NCBI GenBank assembly: GCA_038134595.1
Contig: JAYPVM010000010.1
Location: 1-64,000, forward strand
Origin: Pseudomonadota bacterium
GTDB lineage: Bacteria; Bdellovibrionota_C; UBA2361; OMII01
Direction of reading: 5' to 3'
DNA length: 64,000 bases
A program made the translations under genes and the position numbers. The notes beneath the pieces are model-generated. The model was not told the DNA's origin, did not search any database, and was given only the letters and a program-made list of their open reading frames with translations. Shown in pieces: positions 27,601 to 36,900 of this stretch (the first letter of the stretch is position 1; each line of letters begins with the position of its first letter).

Positions 27601-30201
27601 TTATCGAAACAGTCGTTTCCAAAGATTTTTAGATTCTGAAATGGATTCTGCGTCTCCGATCTCTTGCAAAGACTTGCTCGCAAAGGCCTCAACTCTTTGT
27701 TCATCAGAATTGTGCGCCTCGGAAAGCACCCCGGTTTCTCGAATCAACTGTTGAATAGAATCTAGCTCCACGCCATCAGATGAAGTCAAACGTACTTTCA
27801 CTGCAACATCTCGAAAATCTTTACCAGATACTAAGTTAGTTTCAAGCTCGACCGGTACTTGCGTCATCCCCATTTGCTGTCGTGTCCACAAACTTGCACT
27901 TTTGCTCGGTACGCACTTTTGCTCAATAAGACTCTCTTCGCCATCTCCACTAACCACCGAAAAAACAACTGAAAAAGACTCATCAAACAGATCATTAGCC
28001 GGAACATTTATTAATGTTCGTATCGATAGTATGCCGCCCTCAACATTAGTCTGTGCAACAACATCCGAAATCGAAGCGCACGCTTCATCGATCGCAACAA
28101 CTTCCCTTCCTTCGATCGATGGAACCTTCACGAAGAATTCCTTTTTGTCGGATGTAATTACCTGCCCTCGAGCAGTGAGTGCTGTAACTCGACAAAACAG
28201 ACGGACCTTACTCCCAGCGCGATTCGAATTTGAAGAAAAAGACCACCCCAAAACTTCTTGCTTGGAAAAATTTGCCACAACGCTGTGCTCCACTCCCTCA
28301 GAGTGCCCCTCGACACAGACAGCGCGCGTCACCGGTTTGAAACTCATACCTAATGGATCACTGAAAGCCTGTAACAAAACATGTCCATCCTCTCGCTCTA
28401 AGCTTAACAAGACACGATAAGGTGAAAAAAGTTCTCCTACTCTCCCGGCCGCTAATTCAGCTATTTGATGGCTAGCATTTTGCGGGCAAAACGTTGCCTG
28501 AACCCTGATATGCTCGTTATTATCATAGATCCAAGCTGAGTCTACTTCTATTGATTCAAGCTCAACTTCCCCCTTTCCTAAAGCCCTCTCCTCATCCACT
28601 TCATCGCGAGCCGCCGGCACAGTAACAGTAACTCTTCCCATATCACCACATAGGATACGTTCATCCTCGGCAACAATTACCAACTCGCATGTTATCTCAT
28701 GATCGCCCGTATCCAACTGCAAAAACTCAACGGGCACATCAATTAAGAGCCCTTCGTACGTAGCCCATGCACTTTTCGGGTTCAAGACACGTCGATACCG
28801 ATACGATGAGACAGATTCGACTGCAACATTTAATTCAGACGCCACATAGGGAACTCCCAACGAAGAGAGCTCAACAACATCCCCATGTTCATTTACAAAT
28901 CGACATTCTAGCGTGACACTCTCTCCTGCATGCATGAATAAGGAGAGATCGAAACTGACCGAAATCGAGTTCCGCTCCCATCCTGCCACCATCTTAAAGG
29001 CAGACGAAACGGCAAACTCTGTAATCTTATCACCCGAGACAACATCGTGTGGCCACATCCCTAGCGAATGGGGAGATTGAACGACTGCGCCTGTGCTCGT
29101 CGAATTCGGAATACATACACTCTCATGTCGAGTAACCTGCATGATAGCGTTGCCATCTTCACCCAAAATTGACATCACGATATCAACTTCTTGGCGTCCC
29201 TCTTCCATTTCCAAGGCTGCATACGGCACAAATGCACGTATCTCATCGATAACCAAACGTTGCGCATGGGGTCGAATCGGAACAAGTGAACAAAAAGAGA
29301 GCTTTGCTGGCAGCACTTCCATATCACCTCCAGTGACGGGATCGCTCCAACTACTCCACGCAGTGCGTACAGGGACAGATTTTCCATTTTGTTCTACCGA
29401 AACCCGCAACCACAATGATTGCCCGTCACGCCCCACAAGCCGTAATCCACACGACAGCAAGCAACCCTTCACGCCAAACATTTGGTGGTCGTGCATGACT
29501 TCAAGTCCAAACACGACATCTTCCTCATCACTCAACGCTTCACCGGTTAATGAAGCCCATGATGCAGCCTCTCCAGCTGCCACTTCGAGTCTAGCCAGAC
29601 TCATTTTGCGTCGCACATACCACTTGAGAAACATCTCTAGCTCATCAAGCTCTCGAGACACATCATACGACAATCCACGCTGCTGCGCTGATGACTTCTG
29701 GTCAGAGCGAATCCGCTCCCGTTCAACGCTATCTCGTTTACTAAGCGCCTTTGTTGCCCTGCGTACCAAGCCCGTTACAATGCCACCTTCAACAGCACCC
29801 GCACAAAGAAGGCTCAGACACTGCGCAATCGGAGCTTCAATACTGAAAACACCCGTTTCTCTTTGCGCAACTTGCCGCACCACCTCTAGTACAAGCTCAG
29901 CAACTCGCGCCTGAACTTTTATCTTTGTCTTAAACTTTCTCGCCCGAAAGCGCTGACTCTGTCGAATCTTTGCCTCTAGTGGCGCAACAAATGTTTCTAA
30001 GTCGCCAGAAAACTGGCCTAAAATCCGCCTCTTTTCACTAGAGCCAAACTGAGATTGCAATTGATATGCTGGCAAGAGATTGACCTTGGAGGTCTCGTAT
30101 AAACCACCATGACGATTCGCCACCCTTCGCACTGTACCGGTCTCATGCTCCAGTACTTCATCTATACCCTCTATCGAAGATTCCTTACCAACTGCACTCA
30201 T
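27601..30201 (-). CDS. Large hypothetical protein: helical N-terminus plus repeated beta-rich domains
   Basis: 866-aa ORF; internal similarity PIRPHAQRLVIDEIRAFVPYAALEMEEG vs VLNPKSAWATYEGLLIDVPVEFLQLDTG. Confidence 0.75.
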   Translation of the reverse strand: MSAVGKESSIEGIDEVLEHETGTVRRVANRHGGLYETSKVNLLPAYQLQSQFGSSEKRRILGQFSGDLETFVAPLEAKIRQSQRFRARKFKTKIKVQARVAELVLEVVRQVAQRETGVFSIEAPIAQCLSLLCAGAVEGGIVTGLVRRATKALSKRDSVERERIRSDQKSSAQQRGLSYDVSRELDELEMFLKWYVRRKMSLARLEVAAGEAASWASLTGEALSDEEDVVFGLEVMHDHQMFGVKGCLLSCGLRLVGRDGQSLWLRVSVEQNGKSVPVRTAWSSWSDPVTGGDMEVLPAKLSFCSLVPIRPHAQRLVIDEIRAFVPYAALEMEEGRQEVDIVMSILGEDGNAIMQVTRHESVCIPNSTSTGAVVQSPHSLGMWPHDVVSGDKITEFAVSSAFKMVAGWERNSISVSFDLSLFMHAGESVTLECRFVNEHGDVVELSSLGVPYVASELNVAVESVSSYRYRRVLNPKSAWATYEGLLIDVPVEFLQLDTGDHEITCELVIVAEDERILCGDMGRVTVTVPAARDEVDEERALGKGEVELESIEVDSAWIYDNNEHIRVQATFCPQNASHQIAELAAGRVGELFSPYRVLLSLEREDGHVLLQAFSDPLGMSFKPVTRAVCVEGHSEGVEHSVVANFSKQEVLGWSFSSNSNRAGSKVRLFCRVTALTARGQVITSDKKEFFVKVPSIEGREVVAIDEACASISDVVAQTNVEGGILSIRTLINVPANDLFDESFSVVFSVVSGDGEESLIEQKCVPSKSASLWTRQQMGMTQVPVELETNLVSGKDFRDVAVKVRLTSSDGVELDSIQQLIRETGVLSEAHNSDEQRVEAFASKSLQEIGDAESISESKNLWKRLFR

Positions 30202-30843
30202 TTCTATTAACTACATCCCGAAATACTACTCTTACTGCCTACGACAAAACCCATCTCGTAGCTTATATCCTACAAAAATTTTATCCCTGTGCCGTTTCCA
30301 CAGAGCTTCCCCCCTTAAAGGTAGCAAGCAGTTGTGTAACGGCCTCGAAAACAAAACCTTTCTGAATCGTCCTTCTGGTAAAATCCCACCTTATAACTAC
30401 GTCTAATAAACTCAATCTTTTAAATTCGATACAAAATAGCGACTTGTAATTCCGTGAAAGCATGAGGCTCTATGCAAACTTGCTACAAACCTCGAATCAA
30501 CACGAACCCTTAGGGCGCACGCCTATTTGTCAGTAACGTTTCATAACCGTCCTAACACTTTGTAATAGCTTTAGCGGCTCATCATACGACAGGCAAACAA
30601 ACACAACAAACCATGTATTATCAGATTGTTAGTTGTGATTTGCGCGCTATCACATCTTTTCCCTAACGCCAAAACAGCATGTCTTTCTACATCGTTTTCA
30701 GGGTTTGTTTCAAGTCGTTTAAAAGAAACTTTCCCTTCTTATGGCTCCCTCAATTGTAAAACCAAGGCTTTTTGGATTATAACTCCTAAGTCTTAACGTA
30801 AACGTCGAAGAGAGTGACGACAATCATTTGAATCAGGAAACGC

Positions 30844-32133
30844 ATGGCCACTGAAATTAAAATGCCCCAATTAAGCGACACGATGGACTCCGGTAAGATA
30901 TTGGAGTGGAAGGTTCCTGAGGGTACGGCTGTTAGCCGGGGCGATATCCTCGCTGAGGTTGAAACAGACAAAGCAAACTTAGAGATTGAATCGTTCTTCA
31001 ACGGAACCCTCCTCAAAATCATGACTCCTGCAGGCTCGACCGCGAACGTCGGAGAGATCATTGCAGTTATTGGAGAGCCAGGGGAATCAGTACAAACCAG
31101 TTCTTCGGCAAAAGGAGACGCAACCCCCTCACTAGAAACTGAAACCATAACCGCCGCTCCTCAGCAACCCACGGCCGTATCCGAGACGGTTACGCCAGTA
31201 GCCCACACCTCAAAGGGTTTAAGTGTTGTCGAACATGGGTCTTCGCGAATTAAAGCCAGCCCTCTGGCCAAAAAAGTAGCGGAGCACCATCAAGTAAACC
31301 TATCGGGGGTCCAAGGAACAGGTCCTAACGGTCGAATTGTCCGACGAGATGTAGAAGCGGCACTAAGCTCCACTCCACAATGCGACGGTGGACAGTTAGC
31401 CAGACAAGAGTATCCTCCTCAACTAGCTCCTACGGTCTCACCATCGACCGGCAACGGAGGGACCTTAACGCCACTATCAAAGATGCGTGAGACTATCGCT
31501 CGTCGAATGCAAGAGAGCGTTACAACAGCCCCACACTTCTACGTCACAACGACGGTTGACATGGGTGAAGCCACCCGACTACGGCTCGCACTCAAAGAAC
31601 GAGAGGAGTACAAGGGAATATCGATGAATCACCTCGTAATCAAAGCAGTTGGCTATGCTCTCAAACGGGAGCCCAGGGTCAATGCGGCGATGCGAGATGG
31701 GCAAATTTTTCAACCTGAGGGTATAAATATAGGCATCATTACTGCCATTGAGGATGGATTACTCATCCCGGTGCTCAGGAATGCCGATTCCCTCCCGTTA
31801 AAAGATCTTGTTTTTGAAGCCCGAGCCGCCATCGACCGAGTTCGTGCAGGTCGACCGAGCGCTAGTGACCTCTCGGGTGGGACATTTAGCATCTCGAACA
31901 TGGGGATGTTTGATGTTGAAAACTTTACGGCTATCATTAACCCTGGGCAGGGTGGGATTTTGGCGGTTAGCGCCATCAAAGAACAACCCATCGTCAAAAA
32001 TGGGAACATCATTCCAGGGGCACTCATGAAAGCCACTGTATCGGTTGATCACCGGATAATTGATGGCATCATGGCGAGCTCTTTTCTCAAGCACTTCAAA
32101 GAAGCATTGGAGCTTCCAGCGTTATTGATGTAG
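30844..32133 (+). CDS. pdhC: Pyruvate dehydrogenase E2, dihydrolipoamide acetyltransferase
   Basis: Lipoyl domain VETDKANLE, E3-binding IKASPLAKK...GTGPNGRI, catalytic GTFSISNMG and DHRIIDG. Confidence 0.93.
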   Translation: MATEIKMPQLSDTMDSGKILEWKVPEGTAVSRGDILAEVETDKANLEIESFFNGTLLKIMTPAGSTANVGEIIAVIGEPGESVQTSSSAKGDATPSLETETITAAPQQPTAVSETVTPVAHTSKGLSVVEHGSSRIKASPLAKKVAEHHQVNLSGVQGTGPNGRIVRRDVEAALSSTPQCDGGQLARQEYPPQLAPTVSPSTGNGGTLTPLSKMRETIARRMQESVTTAPHFYVTTTVDMGEATRLRLALKEREEYKGISMNHLVIKAVGYALKREPRVNAAMRDGQIFQPEGINIGIITAIEDGLLIPVLRNADSLPLKDLVFEARAAIDRVRAGRPSASDLSGGTFSISNMGMFDVENFTAIINPGQGGILAVSAIKEQPIVKNGNIIPGALMKATVSVDHRIIDGIMASSFLKHFKEALELPALLM

Positions 32134-32154
32134 CCAAGTCTTAGAGGAGAAACG

Positions 32155-33060
32155 ATGGCAGTTGATGTTCCAAGAAATAGCTCTGGCCTTGTAAAACCTT
32201 CATGGTTAAAGGTTCGCGCACCAGGCTCGCCAGAGTATTTGGAAACACGCAAAATCGTCAAGGATCTCAAGCTTCACACCGTTTGTGAAGAAGCGATGTG
32301 CCCTAACATCGGAGAATGCTGGTCACATCATACCGCGACGTTCATGATTATGGGTGAATTATGCACTCGCAAGTGCCACTTCTGCTCGGTCAAAAAAGGG
32401 ACGAGTGAAACTCTCGTAGCTCTTGATCCTCTGGAACCGGAACGAGTCGGAAATGCAGTCAAAGAGCTAGGACTCAAGCATGCCGTTGTAACATCGGTAG
32501 ACCGAGACGATGTGGCAGACAACGGCGCACAGCATTTCTGTAAAACTGTTCAAGCCATACGAAAGCATGCTCCTGGGTGTAAAATCGAGCTCCTCATTCC
32601 GGATCTAAAGGGCTCTCGAAGAGATTTACTAACAATCTTATCTGCTCACGTTGACGTGCTGAACCACAACATCGAAACCATACCGCGACTTTACAAAAAG
32701 GTTCGTCCTGGAGCAGGCTACATACGCTCTCTTTCAATCCATCGCTGGGCTAAAGAAATCGACCCGGATATTATTACAAAATCAGGCATTATGGTTGGAC
32801 TCGGCGAAACCAAAGACGAGGTCTTACAGGTTATGGATGACATGCGTAGTTGTGGCATCGACGTTATGACCATCGGTCAGTACCTCCGTCCATCAGAAAG
32901 ACAACTACCCGTAAAAGCCTATATAACTCCCGATGAATTCAAAGAGTACGAACAAGAAGGCCTGCGTCGAGGATTCTCATTCGTTGAATCTGGCCCTTTT
33001 GTGCGAAGTTCTTACCATGCGTGGAAACACACAGAATCCATCCCTCCTAGAGTGGCATAG
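32155..33060 (+). CDS. lipA: Lipoyl synthase
   Basis: CEEAMCPNIGEC, radical SAM CTRKCHFC, VRSSYHA. Confidence 0.98.
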   Translation: MAVDVPRNSSGLVKPSWLKVRAPGSPEYLETRKIVKDLKLHTVCEEAMCPNIGECWSHHTATFMIMGELCTRKCHFCSVKKGTSETLVALDPLEPERVGNAVKELGLKHAVVTSVDRDDVADNGAQHFCKTVQAIRKHAPGCKIELLIPDLKGSRRDLLTILSAHVDVLNHNIETIPRLYKKVRPGAGYIRSLSIHRWAKEIDPDIITKSGIMVGLGETKDEVLQVMDDMRSCGIDVMTIGQYLRPSERQLPVKAYITPDEFKEYEQEGLRRGFSFVESGPFVRSSYHAWKHTESIPPRVA

Positions 33061-33074
33061 AACTTCAAGCACCC

Positions 33075-33794
33075 ATGGCTCACCGCTCGCAATCCTTATA
33101 TCTAATTCCTAATTTTCTCGGAGAGGCGGCATCGGAAACCATATTTCCATCCTATAACATCTCTGTACTTCAAAACGTGCGCTTCTTTTTAGCTGAAAAT
33201 CCCAAAGAAGCTCGACGACTACTAAAAACAACCTGTCCTCAGCTAAACTTACAAAGCATTGCAATCGAGACTCTCAACAAAAACACTACAGATGACGAAC
33301 TAACAACGCTTATGAAACCGGCCATTGTCGGTCACTCGATGGGAATCATCTCCGATGCGGGATGTCCGGCTGTCGCCGACCCTGGCTCGCGGGCAGTAAT
33401 GTATGCCCATCAACACGGTATCAGTGTAAAACCGCTTATCGGCCCATGCTCCATGCTCTTAGCGCTCATGGCTTCTGGTTTATACGGGCAGCGTTGGTGT
33501 TTTCGGGGCTATCTTCCGATTGACGTGGAGACTCGAAGTAAAATGCTCAATCAGCTAGAAATACGATCCCAGAAGGAACAAGAGACTCAAATATTTATGG
33601 AAACCCCCTACCGAAATCAAAAGCTTTTTGAGCAAATTAAAGCAACGTGCAATCCTTCAACCTTTCTTTGCATAGCCCAAGATCTAACGACGCCCCAAGA
33701 ATTAATCCAAACGAAATGCATCGAAGATTGGAATCGGAGCGAAACTACTCTACGAAAGGCCCCTGCCGTGTTTCTTTTGGCTAGTGGCTTGTAG
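33075..33794 (+). CDS. RsmI-like SAM-dependent (tetrapyrrole methylase fold) methyltransferase
   Basis: LYLIP, ISDAGCPAVADPG, PLIGPCS, FRGYLP, FMETPYRN. Confidence 0.88.
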   Translation: MAHRSQSLYLIPNFLGEAASETIFPSYNISVLQNVRFFLAENPKEARRLLKTTCPQLNLQSIAIETLNKNTTDDELTTLMKPAIVGHSMGIISDAGCPAVADPGSRAVMYAHQHGISVKPLIGPCSMLLALMASGLYGQRWCFRGYLPIDVETRSKMLNQLEIRSQKEQETQIFMETPYRNQKLFEQIKATCNPSTFLCIAQDLTTPQELIQTKCIEDWNRSETTLRKAPAVFLLASGL

Positions 33795-33965
33795 AGACAC
33801 CCCAACCCAACTCCCTTTACCGCACTTCCCTCTTAGCGCGCTTTTTAGCAAGAACCAAACTCTGCCCAAAGTTCAATGGAGCTAGCCATTTGAATATGCT
33901 ACACTCGGGCTCCAGTGAACGTAACGCGACGAACCACAAAAAGTTCGGCATAACAACATCCTCGC

Positions 33966-36900
33966 ATGAGTATGAAACACTTCATTAGACCTCAAATTTT
34001 AGCCCTACTGGGTCTCTTCTGTGGTCTGTTCGTTGGTGTAGCAATTCTCATGGCCAAGCAGTGGCTTGTAAATCAAATCGTGATCGCTCTCGAAGATGAA
34101 GTTTCGGCCTCATGCGACTGTTCCTTGGCTTTTGATTCATTCTCTCTTTCCTTTTTTACATTATCGGCCAAGGCCCGTAATATTCGAATCATTGAAAATG
34201 GCAAGGCTCGTCTCTCATTTAAAAAGATTACTACCGATGTAGACCTATCGGAGATAGAAGCGCGTCGAATTCACTTAAAAAATCTAACACTCTCAAGAGG
34301 CATCGCTGACGGTGTAGGGCCTGATTCTGTAACGTTTAAATTTATCGATCAACTTACAACGCCGCTCCCTGCCGAGAAACAGCGGCCCAATCGTTGGCGC
34401 ATTATCCTTGATTCTCTTTTCATCAAGGATTCATTTCTCCGAGAACCCTTCGGAAGTAGTGAGCTCTCGGGCTCGGGCGTTTCCATGGAGCTTAATCGTG
34501 AAGATGGAGCTTTCATTCTACAACCATCAATACGTGATTTTCGTTACACAACATATGCAACAGATCGCCTAAGCTCTGCCGAAGAACTCCATTTAGGAGA
34601 TCTTAAAGCAACACTACAAATTCAAAACTCCATTACGACTTTTAACTCCATTTCACTCGGTCGTGCAAATTCATCTATCACTGCTCGCGGAACCTCAGAG
34701 GCACAAAAAAACCATCTTTTGACAGGATCCACAAAGATTCAAATCGAGCCTAGCTATATCGGACTCCCCAGCTGGCTTCATGGCTTACTGCAAGGAGATG
34801 GGCGCCTAAATGGTACGCTAGGAAGCCCAGTCATTCACAGCACCCTTTCTACTGATTCAACGGCGCCATTGACACTCGCACTACCCAATGCATCTCCTGT
34901 CCCACTACAAGATGTCTCCGGCGAACTTTTGGTGGATGTAAATCACGGCAAGCCCCTTGTAAAAGTCTCTAACATCGTAGCCACATCACTATCCACTGAG
35001 CTCCGTTCACGCTCCCCCTTAGTATTCTCTCAAAAAGGTTTTGAAGCCTCCTTTGAAGCCCGGCTACCAGAATTTTCGTATGGCCCATTTAACCTTCGTT
35101 CAATGATAGCCCATATAGAGGCCAAGAATGACAATCAGGAGATCCGGACAGAGATAAAGATCAAAGCAGAGGGTACTTCCTTAGAAGGAATTGCGTTAGG
35201 CCCGTCGACGATAGAAATCAGTCTTACCTCAGAGCAAGCTAAGATCAAAGCAAAGATCGCGAACAAATCTCAAGGAACATTGTCGTGGCGTGGTACCGTC
35301 GACCTACGATCTCCAGAACCGTATCTTGCAAATGGACACCTATCGTTAGAAAACTACCACTACCTTTCGTCGCCGAAAGAACGCATTCCCAGTCTGATGG
35401 CGCTCACGGCAAAGGATATCTCATTGGAAGGCCCCTTAAATATTGAGTCTTTGCGTGGTCATGGAGATCTATCGCTCAATTTTCCCAATACAAAGAGCCC
35501 CATAAATCTCATCGGCAAAACACAGCTAGACAAGGGTCACCTTATAGCTGAACTAGCTAATTCGACCTCGGGAGCGAGATCCTCGCTAAAGCTAGAATTT
35601 AGCCCTTTGAAACCGAGCTCCCTACGCGTTGTACTACCCACCTCTCCTCTTCATCAGGCTCTTGGCAACGATGACACCTGTGGCACACTGGGCGGTACAT
35701 TAGACTACTTCTTCATGCTGGCAAATCCACAACGTGGTAACGGAACGCTTTCCCTCGAAAACCTCTCCGTGGGATGCGCGCCTCACTCCTTGGCGATAGC
35801 GAAACCCGCAAATTTATCGATCGCCGAGGGAGCTATCGCCTTCGATAATATATCTCTAACAGGTCGACAGAGCTCATTACAGATCGGTGGAACATTGGGA
35901 CTCGAACGCGGGTTCAATCTGTCTCTCGTCGGCGACCTCGATCTTGAAAGCATTAGTAACGTAATCCCCAACATCGATAATCTTCAAGGCAATGTCCGGA
36001 TTAAAGCCACAGCGACCGGCTCACCCACGTCACCCTCCCTACTTGGAACAGCGGACTTATCGCAAGCTCGATTCGGATTTTCTTCCCCGGACATTGAAGC
36101 CCATGAAGTAGAAGGAAAGTTTACATTTGAGAATGACGAAATCCTAGTCGATGGAATGCATGGATCCATTAATGGAGGTCTCTTCAATCTACAAGGAACG
36201 GTACGGCCATTTGATTGGAAGGATTCAGCCCTTAAGGTGTCTCTGGAAGAGGTTTCCATCGAGCCCGAAGATGATACTTCAATCACGTTTTCTGGAGAGC
36301 TCACGCTAGGAGCATCAACCCTTAAAAAACAAACGCTATCGGGTGATATTGAAATTATCTTCGCGGAGGTAGCCAAGGAATTCGACATCAATAAGATCGT
36401 TTTAAAGACTCTCTCTGGCTATTTTCTTCCGGCCCGCATGCGCCCCTCGGGTGCTAGTAGTTCCCTAGATATGGGCCTTAATATAAATATTACGGCTCCA
36501 CGCAACTTGTTTATCATCACGCCTTTTCTGAGTGCTGAATTAAATGCTGATCTACGTGCTGCCGGCACGACATCCTCTCCAACACTGACAGGCACCATGC
36601 AGTTTTTAACTGGTTGGATAGGCCTTAAAGGCAACCGATTTGATATTAATTCAGGAAAACTGAACTTTACGCCAAGCTCGTTAACACCTGAAATTTCTCT
36701 CGTAAGCGAAGGAACACTCAGAGCAACGACAGGCGAGAGTATAACTGTAATCCTCGAAGCCTCAGGGCAACTTCCGGCGCCTAAAATCACCTTATCTTCG
36801 GATCGAGGTCTTTCTCAAAACGATCTTCTCTATCTTATAACGTCATCAAGGCCAATAGGTGAAAGCTCTCTCAGAGCGAGGATGAATTCTCAGTATGAAA

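Noticed and set aside
29093..29914. 273-aa + strand ORF
   Set aside because: Fully antisense to the 866-aa gene, Ser/Thr-rich shadow composition, no motifs.
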